A stretch of 64,000 nucleotides of DNA, taken from IMG/VR virus record IMGVR_UViG_3300029705_000039, one strand, 5' to 3'. The stretch's first letter is position 1. Every line of letters begins with the position of its first letter. Under the pieces are notes generated by a model, which saw only the letters and a list, made by a program, of their open reading frames with translations, did not search any database and had not been told where the DNA came from. The stretch is from a virus (lineage: Duplodnaviria; Caudoviricetes). The position numbers and the translations under genes were made by a program. Below, piece by piece: positions 1 to 8,126 of the stretch.

Positions 1-878
1 CAGACGCTATTGCAAATGCTTTTGAAGATACAACCGTTTTAATCGGTGAAGCGTATATTGAGGGTAAAGTAGACCGAGATGTAGGAGCCGTGCTTCGCTC
101 ATTAACCGATAAGGCAATTGCCCGACAGAAGGGTAATAATGTTGTAAAGTTCCGCATCTTTGATTGCCTTTACTATAATGGTGAAAATCTTCTTTCTACT
201 CCCATTATTGAGCGCATTAAGTATCTCCCGCAGGCAGTCGAAGCAATTGGACACGAACTTGTTAGTTATGTAAAGTATTATGAAGCCAAGCCTGAAACTT
301 TCTGGGATAAACTTTCTACTATCTTTGAAAAAGGCGGCGAAGGCGTAGTTCTTTATAAAAAAAGTATGTTGCCTTGCGAAAACCGCACTCCTGCCTGGCA
401 GACTATTAAGGTAAAGCAAGTTTTGAAGGAACATATTGATTGTTTTATTTATGGTGTAGAACCTGCGGAAAAGAACTACACTGGCAAAGAACTTCCCACG
501 TGGCAATACTGGATGGATGATAAGACAGGAGAAAAGTTCCTTGGCTCCTATTATCTTAAGTATTGTGATGGCGGTATGATTATTCCTATTTCTAAGGGAT
601 ATTATTATAATTGGCCTGGTGCAATTAAGTGCGCAGTTTATGATGAAAATCACAATCCTGTTGTTCTTTGTAAATGCTCTGGCCTTACTGAAGAAATGAA
701 GGCGGCCTTGCGGGATAACTATGATGAATGGCATATGTGCCCTGTAAAGATTGACGGCATGATGATTTCAAAAGATTCAAAAACTGGCTCAATTAGCGTG
801 CGACATCCGAAGTTGATTTCTATTAGAGATAATGACATTGATATTAATGATTGTCTATTGTCTAAGGTGGTAAAGTAA
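1..878 (+). CDS. lig: ATP-dependent DNA ligase (5' partial; frame open from window start)
   Basis: Frame is open upstream of the track start (DAIANAFEDTTVLIGEAY). Ligase motifs VLIGE, FRIFDCL, EGVVLYK, TIKVK and C-terminal SVRHP..IR. Confidence 0.85.
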   Translation, partial: DAIANAFEDTTVLIGEAYIEGKVDRDVGAVLRSLTDKAIARQKGNNVVKFRIFDCLYYNGENLLSTPIIERIKYLPQAVEAIGHELVSYVKYYEAKPETFWDKLSTIFEKGGEGVVLYKKSMLPCENRTPAWQTIKVKQVLKEHIDCFIYGVEPAEKNYTGKELPTWQYWMDDKTGEKFLGSYYLKYCDGGMIIPISKGYYYNWPGAIKCAVYDENHNPVVLCKCSGLTEEMKAALRDNYDEWHMCPVKIDGMMISKDSKTGSISVRHPKLISIRDNDIDINDCLLSKVVK

Positions 879-880
879 CT

Positions 881-1132
881 ATGAAATATATAAAGAAACC
901 TATCCCTGTTGAAGCATTTTGTCCTGCGGAAGAGGCTTGGCCCGAATGGTTTACGAATAATCATATTCGTGTTATATTAGAAGAAAATATGATAATTGAG
1001 ATTGATACATTAGAAGGCACAATGAAATGCTCTGGTGACGACTATATTATCCAAGGCGTAGATGGCGAACTTTACCCCTGTCGCCGCGATATTTTCTTAA
1101 AGACTTATGAAAAATTTGAAGAGGACAATTAA
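881..1132 (+). CDS. Conserved small phage hypothetical protein (KYIKKPIPVEA...TLEG...DYIIQGVDGELYPC type)
   Basis: 83-aa ORF with a recognisable phage motif pattern. Confidence 0.75.
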   Translation: MKYIKKPIPVEAFCPAEEAWPEWFTNNHIRVILEENMIIEIDTLEGTMKCSGDDYIIQGVDGELYPCRRDIFLKTYEKFEEDN

Positions 1133-1135
1133 AAT

Positions 1136-1164
1136 TTGTCTTTTTTAAAAATTTAATATATAAT
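1136..1164 (+). promoter_or_regulatory. sigmaA-type promoter
   Basis: TTGTCT-17bp-TATAAT followed by AAGGAG and ATG 1176. Confidence 0.6.
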
Positions 1165-1175
1165 AAGGAGAACAT

Positions 1176-1382
1176 ATGGATTTTATATTTAACTCTCGTT
1201 AGAAAAAAGTAGAAATTTTTTATGAGAACGAAATAGAACAAAAAGCATTGTTTGAATTTCTTGGTAAGCATATAAAGTTTAAAACTGGCGGCATTCCCGA
1301 CAGCATATATATAAATAGTCCTGAAATTAGTTGGACTACTGTAAATACTTAGCCGCCTTATACTATAAGCACAGCAGATTAA
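1176..1382 (+). CDS. Hypothetical protein, TAG-recoded (2 in-frame TAG); frame continues past the TAA to 1547
   Basis: Promoter, RBS AAGGAG, ATG 1176; MDFIFNSR*KKVEIFYENEIEQKALFEFLG... Confidence 0.55.
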
Positions 1383-1583
1383 GCCATTACTTTAAATAAT
1401 GGTAATGTCTCTACTATTGACACCGCTTCAATAGAAAAAGCAGTTTCTAATTCAATTAATTCCAATTTTCGCGAAGCAAAAATTTCTTTAGAATTAGATA
1501 ACTCCTCTGATGAAGGTGGATATATTACTTGTTCCCCACAAAACTAAATAATAGGTCTCCGCATTATTGACCTTTATAAAAAT

Positions 1584-1797
1584 GCCGTGTGCCGTTACGT
1601 TAAGACAGGGAGGCAGACCCGCCGCAAGAATCTGCTCGCTCATTGACAATCGTCAGGGCGTCAATCCGTAGAACTCTACTACGGGTCAGGAGTAATCCAG
1701 TTAAGTGAGGGATGGTAGCGTAGTTATCGTAGGGCCGCTGATAACCCAGAAGAGCAATCTTCTGGAAGGTAAAATTTTTTTACCTTTGCCGTAGGGA
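1584..1797 (+). ncRNA. Candidate structured non-coding RNA of unknown family
   Basis: GC-rich intergenic island with serial stems: GCAGA..TCTGC, TTGAC..GTCAA, CCGTAG..CTACGG, GTTATC..GATAAC, CCAGAAGA-GCAA-TCTTCTGG, AAGGTAAAA..TTTTACCTT. Confidence 0.45.
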
Positions 1798-1830
1798 TTT
1801 ATTATTTTATAAAAATTATCTTAATATAAA

Positions 1831-1926
1831 CTCGTTGTCGTTCCGCTTCGCGGAACTCCGCACTTCGTTCTTGTGAAGATTGCTTCGTCTCGCACTGCGT
1901 GCTCAACGAACCAACTTCTACAAGAG
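1831..1926 (-). other. Cluster of GNA-triloop DNA mini-hairpins; candidate origin or priming signal
   Basis: Minus strand GTTCCGC-GAA-GCGGAAC (1840-1856), AC-GAA-GT (1862-1868), GCAC-GCA-GTGC (1892-1902), with AT-rich flanks. Confidence 0.35.
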
Positions 1927-2088
1927 AGTAAAAGATGAACGAAAAAATGTATATAATTATAAAGGGTTTAAGGATAAATTTGTCCGTAATCAAATTATTA
2001 TCGAGAAAACTTTTATCACAAAATAAATATACTTATTTACTTATAAAAGAGAGAAATCTCTCAAATTATTTTGGAGGATATTCTATAT

Positions 2089-2688
2089 ATGAATGATGGT
2101 TTTTTAACATTAGTTGAGGAGCAATCCACGTTAGACCCAGTAATGTATCAATATTTTAATCATTATAAAAATCATCGAACTATTATTTTTAATCGCGCAG
2201 TAGATGATAGTATTGTAGAGACTGTTATTTTACCGCTATTAGAGTTTGAAAATGATAGTAATATCGAGCCCGTCAAACTTATTCTATCTACACCTGGCGG
2301 CTCCGTAAGTGATGGGTTAATTTTATGTAATGTTATTGATAATTACAAAAAACCTTTAGAAATTTATGTGTATGGATATGCTTGTTCTATGGGCACAATT
2401 ATTTTATGCGCAGGAAATAAGAACCCAAATGTTAAGAAGTATTGCTATCCCTTTTCTTTCGGTCTTTTCCACGCTGGTTATTCGGCCGTAGAAGGTGAAA
2501 GTCTAAGTGTTGAGGACCAAATCGCTTTTAATAAGAAAACCGATAACACTATTCGTGATTATGTCGTAGAAAATACTAAAATTACCGCAGAAGAATATAA
2601 AGCAAATGAACGTCGTCAATGGTATCTGAGTGCCCAAGAAATGAAAGAAAAGGGACTTGTTGATATTATTATTGGCGGAGATGAATAA
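2089..2688 (+). CDS. clpP: ClpP-like protease proteolytic subunit
   Basis: RBS GGAGG then ATG 2089; LILSTPGGSV, YACSMG (catalytic Ser), FH, WYLSAQE..KGLVDII. Confidence 0.85.
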   Translation: MNDGFLTLVEEQSTLDPVMYQYFNHYKNHRTIIFNRAVDDSIVETVILPLLEFENDSNIEPVKLILSTPGGSVSDGLILCNVIDNYKKPLEIYVYGYACSMGTIILCAGNKNPNVKKYCYPFSFGLFHAGYSAVEGESLSVEDQIAFNKKTDNTIRDYVVENTKITAEEYKANERRQWYLSAQEMKEKGLVDIIIGGDE

Positions 2689-2693
2689 TTATT

Positions 2694-3926
2694 ATGCTTA
2701 AAGAAACAATTCGTTTCTACGACACAAGCGCTCTTCTTGGCGGCGCAACCATTGATGAAAATGCGTATATTAGTTCTATTGTATTAGATGAGATAGAACA
2801 TATTAAAACAAGTGCGGTAAAAGATGAGGAAATAAAGTTCGCGGCGAGGGCATTAGTTCGTAAATTAATGAAAGCCAATAATTTTAAACACGAAATCTTT
2901 TCGCAAGAAGCACTTGAAAAAGTTATGAAGAAGTATCGTTTCTTGGAACGTAAAAATGATAGCCTTCTAATTTGTGAGGCTATTCTATTAACAAAAAAAT
3001 ATCACGTTATTTTTATTACTCAGGATGCTTGCCAATATCTTATTATTAAAGACCGTTTTCCAGAAATAGTGCCAGAGTATTTTGAAGAAGAAAAACATAA
3101 AGAAAATTTATGGAAAGGCTTTATTACTATCACTCCAAGCGAACAAGAATTAAATAAAATCTACTCCAATCCAAATGATAATATCTTAAATTTAGTCAAT
3201 AATGAATATGCTATTATTCAAAATGGTAATGAAATTGCTGATATTATTAAATGGACGGAGGATGGTTATAGAAGTCTAAACTATAAACCAATTCAATCTG
3301 AATACTTTGGTAAAATTAATCCACGAAATATCCAACAAAAGATGTTTTTTGATTTACTCCAAGATAGGAACATTCCTATAAAACTATGTCGCGGGCCTTA
3401 TGGTAGCGGGAAGACTTATTTAGCCTTGGCACAGGCGATGCACCTTATTAAATTTCATAAGTTTGATAAGTTAGTCTTTATTAGAAATAATATTGAAGTC
3501 GCGGGCTCAAAGCAATTAGGCGCGCTACCGGGCGACCAAATTGAAAAATTACTACCTTATTTGATGCCTTTAGCAGATCATTTAGGAGATATAAGTATTT
3601 TAGAACAGTATATCACCGAAGGTATCATTGAACCGATACACGTTGGTTTCCTGCGCGGCCGCAGTTTTAATAATAGCATTATATTTGTCGATGAAGGCGA
3701 AAACCTAACAGATAATATTATGAAACTTATTATTGGACGAGTCGGTGAAGGTAGCGAATTATGGATATTAGGAGATGAAGCGCAAGCGGACCTAAATATC
3801 TTTAAGAAAAATGGCGGCATCGCGGCTTTAGTGAATAGTCTAAAAGGGCACGGAATGTTTGGTACAGTTGAATTACAAAAGACGGAGCGTTCTGCTGTAG
3901 CTCAATTATGCGATTTAATTAAATAA
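2694..3926 (+). CDS. phoH: PIN-domain PhoH-like ATPase
   Basis: N-terminal PIN (YDTSAL, D..ND, TQD); Walker A GPYGSGKT; LPGD..EK, FLRGRSF, VDEGEN, GD..Q.D. Confidence 0.9.
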   Translation: MLKETIRFYDTSALLGGATIDENAYISSIVLDEIEHIKTSAVKDEEIKFAARALVRKLMKANNFKHEIFSQEALEKVMKKYRFLERKNDSLLICEAILLTKKYHVIFITQDACQYLIIKDRFPEIVPEYFEEEKHKENLWKGFITITPSEQELNKIYSNPNDNILNLVNNEYAIIQNGNEIADIIKWTEDGYRSLNYKPIQSEYFGKINPRNIQQKMFFDLLQDRNIPIKLCRGPYGSGKTYLALAQAMHLIKFHKFDKLVFIRNNIEVAGSKQLGALPGDQIEKLLPYLMPLADHLGDISILEQYITEGIIEPIHVGFLRGRSFNNSIIFVDEGENLTDNIMKLIIGRVGEGSELWILGDEAQADLNIFKKNGGIAALVNSLKGHGMFGTVELQKTERSAVAQLCDLIK

Positions 3927-3927
3927 T

Positions 3928-3960
3928 AATTAGGGGTAGATTTTCTACCCCTAATTTTTT
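3928..3960 (+). terminator. Intrinsic terminator
   Basis: AATTAGGGGTAGA-TTT-TCTACCCCTAATT followed by T-run. Confidence 0.75.
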
Positions 3961-3987
3961 GACTTCTTTTAAATTTTATTTTATAAT
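3959..3987 (+). promoter_or_regulatory. sigmaA-type promoter
   Basis: TTGACT-17bp-TATAAT. Confidence 0.7.
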
Positions 3988-4012
3988 ATTTATATAAAAG
4001 GAGTGAAGTCAA

Positions 4013-4297
4013 ATGCCGAAAACTGTTTATGTATGTGAATATTGTCATACCGCTTATCCCAATCGTATGGATGCTCGTTGGTGCGAAATTCTCCACGAGC
4101 ATAAGACAGGTCTTGGTTTATATAATGAGCGAGTCATGGCAGAGATAAAGCGTCTTAATCAAAATCCTTGCGATTATTGCCGACGCGCATATTATGTATA
4201 TGGCTCTGAATGGAATTGTGATTGTCAAAAGAATTGTCATAATTTCTCTTTATTCATTGCCAAGGAGAATGAAAATGGTGACTCATTAGTTAATTGA
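4013..4297 (+). CDS. Cys-rich hypothetical protein (zinc-finger-like)
   Basis: RBS AAGGAG; CEYC..CE..H, CDYC, CDC..C. Confidence 0.7.
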   Translation: MPKTVYVCEYCHTAYPNRMDARWCEILHEHKTGLGLYNERVMAEIKRLNQNPCDYCRRAYYVYGSEWNCDCQKNCHNFSLFIAKENENGDSLVN

Positions 4298-4568
4298 CAA
4301 AAATGTATTCTCGCATATGGTAAACGAATTACCGCAAGTAGAATTTAATGGATAGATACTAATTCCTTTAAAACGAATTAATCAAATATTGTCTTTCCTA
4401 CCAATAGAAGTTCGTGGGAGAACTACTATGTAGAAAAATAGTTATAATACAATTCGATGCACCTATTGTGGAGAATTTTTACCTAATAGCGAAATGGAAG
4501 TAGCACATTTTAAATACTGCCCGTATTGCGGATTAGATATTGAAGAATTAAAATTTGACAATTATTAA
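4275..4568 (+). CDS. Zinc-ribbon protein, TAG-recoded (3 TAG)
   Basis: RBS AAGGAG; MVTH*LIDK...RCTYCGE...FKYCPYCG, ends TAA; absent from the ORF track. Confidence 0.75.
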
Positions 4569-4583
4569 AAATCGTATTATAAT
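4555..4583 (+). promoter_or_regulatory. sigmaA-type promoter upstream of topoisomerase B
   Basis: TTGACA-17bp-TATAAT. Confidence 0.8.
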
Positions 4584-4620
4584 ATAATGTAAAGAAAAGT
4601 GAGAAAAGGAGTTTAAGTAT

Positions 4621-6489
4621 ATGAATTATACCGCTAATGACCTTCAAACACTTTCCGCAGGACGAGCATACCGAGAGAAGATTGGTATGTATTTGTCTGC
4701 TGATAGACAGGAAGCAATTGACCTTGGTTTAAGAGAATTGATTTATAACGCTCAAGACGAATTCGAAGCAACTCATCAAAAGAATGCTTTTGTAAAGGTT
4801 TCTATTGATACTGACGCGCAGGAAATTCAAGTTGAAGATAATATGCGTGGTATTCCAGTTGCTATTCGTGATGACGGTATTAATTCCTTAACTGCGGCTT
4901 TCCTTATTCCCCACAGCGGAGCCAAGCATAAAGAAGGCGTATATCAAGCCGCGGTAGGTGTTAATGGTCAGGGCAATAAGATTGTGTGTCATACTTCAAA
5001 GTGGTTAAGAGTCCAAGTTTGCCGCGATGGTAAAATTTATCAGCAGTCTTTTCACGAGACTGACGAAGGTGCTGTCCCAGATGGAGATATTCAAGTAATT
5101 GGTAAAACCGCGGCAACAGGCACCAAAATTACTTATGTTCCCAGTGAGAAAGTATACCAAGGTGCGAAGATTGATATTGAAAATCTAATTGACAGTCTTA
5201 CAATGCTTTCATACTTTACCAAAGGTTTAAAGATTATTCTTAATGTCGATGGCGATACAATGGAGTTCTATTCCGCGAATGGACTTGCGGATGGGCTTAA
5301 AGCAGAAGAGCGTATTCATAAGAATATTATTCATTTTGTAAAAGACTATGAAGATTGCTCCGTTGAACTCGCTCTTCAATGGAATAAAAAGAAAGGTGAA
5401 ATTAAGCCTTATGCCAACAATCTTTATGTAAAAGATGGTGGTGCATTCATCAGCGGTTTTAAGAGTTCTCTGACTAAAACCTTTAATACTATTTGCGGCG
5501 GTTCTTTTACTGGCGAACAAATTCGTAAAGGACTGGACGGTTTCGTAAGCGTTAAAGTTCATAACGTTCAATTTACAAACCAGCAAAAAAGTTCTCTTGC
5601 TAATCCTGAAGCAAGGACCGCTACTTCCGCCGCGATTACAGAAGCCTTAAAGATTTTTGCCGCGAATAATCACGATGATTTCTATAAAATTGTGGCTATC
5701 CTTTCTAAAGAGCAGAAAGCAGACGAAGCCGCAGAACGAGCCCGCAATGCTATTCTAAATCAAGAAAAAAAAGAAGCCGCCTCTAAAAAGCGTAAAGTCC
5801 AAATGCCCGATAAGTTTAAGGACTGTGAAAGGCACGGCGAAGATAGTATCCTTATTATCTGCGAAGGTAATTCCGCTCTTGCTGGTCTAATGCCTGCTCG
5901 TGATGTTAATACCGAAGCTCTATATGCGGTTCGTGGTAAGGTGAAAAATCTTCTAAAACATCCGCTTGAAGAGTGCCTTGAAAATCAGGAAATTAGCGAT
6001 ATCATCTGTGCTCTTGGTTGCGGCATTCAGGAAAAGTATAATCCTAAGAAACTTAATTATGGTAAGGTCGCAATCGCAACTGATGGTGATGCGGACGGTT
6101 TTAACATTATGTGTCTAATTGCTACGATGTTTTCTGTCCTTATGCCGGAATTTTTAACCGAAGGTCGTCTTTGTTGGTTGCGCGCTCCATTATTTAAACT
6201 TGAAAATGGTAGCCAAAAAGTATTTGCTTATACCGAAGAAGAGCTTAATGACATTCGTAAAGATAAAAGCTCTTGGAATCAAGTGCGTTTTAAAGGGTTG
6301 GGCGAGCTCTCCGCCGATGATATGGAACGATCTATGCTTCATAAGGAAAATCGTCGTCTTGAGGTTTTAACAGTAGATGACTTTGATTCTGCTATGGAGA
6401 GCCTTAACATTCTAATGGGTGCTGGACGGGTTAAGGAACGTAGAGATTTTTTGTTTGAGAATGTAGATTTCGGAGCATTGTATGAGTAA
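4621..6489 (+). CDS. gyrB: Type IIA topoisomerase subunit B (GyrB/ParE-like)
   Basis: GHKL ELIYNAQDE, DNMRGIP, GVNGQG; TOPRIM CEGNSA, RGK, TDGDADG, RFKGLGE. Confidence 0.92.
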   Translation: MNYTANDLQTLSAGRAYREKIGMYLSADRQEAIDLGLRELIYNAQDEFEATHQKNAFVKVSIDTDAQEIQVEDNMRGIPVAIRDDGINSLTAAFLIPHSGAKHKEGVYQAAVGVNGQGNKIVCHTSKWLRVQVCRDGKIYQQSFHETDEGAVPDGDIQVIGKTAATGTKITYVPSEKVYQGAKIDIENLIDSLTMLSYFTKGLKIILNVDGDTMEFYSANGLADGLKAEERIHKNIIHFVKDYEDCSVELALQWNKKKGEIKPYANNLYVKDGGAFISGFKSSLTKTFNTICGGSFTGEQIRKGLDGFVSVKVHNVQFTNQQKSSLANPEARTATSAAITEALKIFAANNHDDFYKIVAILSKEQKADEAAERARNAILNQEKKEAASKKRKVQMPDKFKDCERHGEDSILIICEGNSALAGLMPARDVNTEALYAVRGKVKNLLKHPLEECLENQEISDIICALGCGIQEKYNPKKLNYGKVAIATDGDADGFNIMCLIATMFSVLMPEFLTEGRLCWLRAPLFKLENGSQKVFAYTEEELNDIRKDKSSWNQVRFKGLGELSADDMERSMLHKENRRLEVLTVDDFDSAMESLNILMGAGRVKERRDFLFENVDFGALYE

Positions 6490-6877
6490 TAAATATAAGT
6501 TTGAAACATTGGAAGAACTGCAATTAGCATTTCCAATCCATTCTGTTTTTTCAGAACAAAAAGTAATTAACGAAATTACTTGTTATAATGTTTATGATTT
6601 TGATACAGAATTAATTAATATGTTAAAAGAAGAATCTATCAGTTTAAAAAAGATTGATGATGGAACTTATTTACGTATTACCGCTAAAATGAATACAATT
6701 TCTGTTGATGGTTATATATACGATGGAACATATTGGTATCCAGCACAAAGAACTCTTGATACATATAAACGACTTAATGAATATGATATTTTTCGAGATA
6801 AAGAAATTATTCGTGAAGGAAAAGAGTGCCATTATCGTCCTGGTATAAATATGAAAATTATTTATCCATCAGAATAA
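6482..6877 (+). CDS. Hypothetical protein
   Basis: 131-aa ORF overlapping the gyrB stop. Confidence 0.6.
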   Translation: MSNKYKFETLEELQLAFPIHSVFSEQKVINEITCYNVYDFDTELINMLKEESISLKKIDDGTYLRITAKMNTISVDGYIYDGTYWYPAQRTLDTYKRLNEYDIFRDKEIIREGKECHYRPGINMKIIYPSE

Positions 6878-6933
6878 ATTACTTTGGATAATGCCAAATA
6901 TAAGAGACAATATCTTTAAGGAGGCTTTTCATT

Positions 6934-7401
6934 TTGGCTAATTATTGGTATATAGATATTAATAGTAATAATTTAACCGCAGAAGTAGCCAGCGAAATTT
7001 TAAAATATACTGGTGAAAATCATTTTATTCGTAGTTTTAGTTATCAGCACGGTGATTGTGTAAATAGAAAAGTTGGCGGAAAACTTTATATGAATACTCG
7101 CGGCCTGCCCAATATCATCGATATTCTTAAAAAATATGATATTGCAGAGAGTGAAATAAAGTGTGAAGATGAGTTTGAGAGCGCTTGGACTGCGATTTTC
7201 GAACAGTATTTCGCCGACTTGCCCGTTACCAGGGAGTATCATTCTATTCTCGAAAAGAATATAAATGAAAAGATAATTGAGTTAGATTGGGATGGAAAAA
7301 ATTGGGACAAACTTGAAGATTACTTTAAAACTTGTTGGGGAAGTAGAAGTTTTCAATTCGAGCCTGAAAATTGGACGATTATTGGAATTAAAGAAGAATA
7401 A
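6934..7401 (+). CDS. Hypothetical protein
   Basis: RBS AAGGAGG, TTG start, 155 aa. Confidence 0.65.
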   Translation: MANYWYIDINSNNLTAEVASEILKYTGENHFIRSFSYQHGDCVNRKVGGKLYMNTRGLPNIIDILKKYDIAESEIKCEDEFESAWTAIFEQYFADLPVTREYHSILEKNINEKIIELDWDGKNWDKLEDYFKTCWGSRSFQFEPENWTIIGIKEE

Positions 7402-7429
7402 TATTGTTATTATAACAATGGAGGATTCT

Positions 7430-8065
7430 ATGAAACAAGGCGAAAGATATGGCGCTTTGACTCTAAGATACAAGGAAGGTAATTATTGGGTTTGTTCTTG
7501 TGATTGTGGAAATTAGAACGTAATAGCCGAAGCAAAAAATTTATTAAATCATTGTTATCCTTGCTGTGGCAAATGTAGGCGTTTAGGCACTTGGGCAATA
7601 AAAGAGGCAGGATTGCGTAAATAGAAAGCATTAAATATTGAGCATCAAGAAGTCGTGAAGAAAAATAAAAAACATTATTATTCTGAGACTTCCCGGGGCT
7701 ATATTAAGAGTTCTAAGAAAGAAACTATAATTTATAAAAAATTAACTCAACTAGGAAAAATATTTGAAACTGAAAAAGAGTTTGGTGTTTGCTACCCAGG
7801 AAGTTATACTCCTTTTAGATTTGATTTCTGTGTCGCTTCTTCTGAAAGTCCAGTTGGATTTTATTTAATTGAATATGACGGATAGCAACATCAAAAACCA
7901 ATTAAAATATTTGGTGGAGAAGCGCAATTTAAAAAGCAGCAATGGCGAGATCAGTATAAAAACCAATGGTGTAAAAATAATAACATTCCTTTAATTCGAA
8001 TTACGGGGAACGTTATTTCCGATGCTGATTTAGAACTTAAAACTACAGAATTCCGTGCGGTTTAA
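7430..8065 (+). CDS. Free-standing Vsr/DUF559-like endonuclease with N-terminal WxCxCDCGN domain, TAG-recoded (3 TAG)
   Basis: RBS GGAGG; WVCSCDCGN*; FRFDF...LIEYDG*QH...RDQYKNQWCKNNNIPLIRI; joins track ORFs 7292-7516 and 7655-7885. Confidence 0.85.
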
Positions 8066-8067
8066 AA

Positions 8068-8096
8068 TTGACAAAATTTAAATTTTATCATATAAT
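8068..8096 (+). promoter_or_regulatory. sigmaA-type promoter upstream of topoisomerase A
   Basis: TTGACA-17bp-TATAAT. Confidence 0.8.
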
Positions 8097-8126
8097 AAAT
8101 AAAGAAAGAAAGGAGTAAAGCAACCT

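Noticed and set aside
1587-1797. Group II intron start (GTGTG) or group I remnant in the structured region
   Set aside because: No domain V/VI, no P7 elements and no interrupted gene; kept only as an unassigned ncRNA candidate.
1802-1993. 63-aa minus-strand ORF over the hairpin cluster
   Set aside because: No RBS or protein-like features; better explained as non-coding structure.
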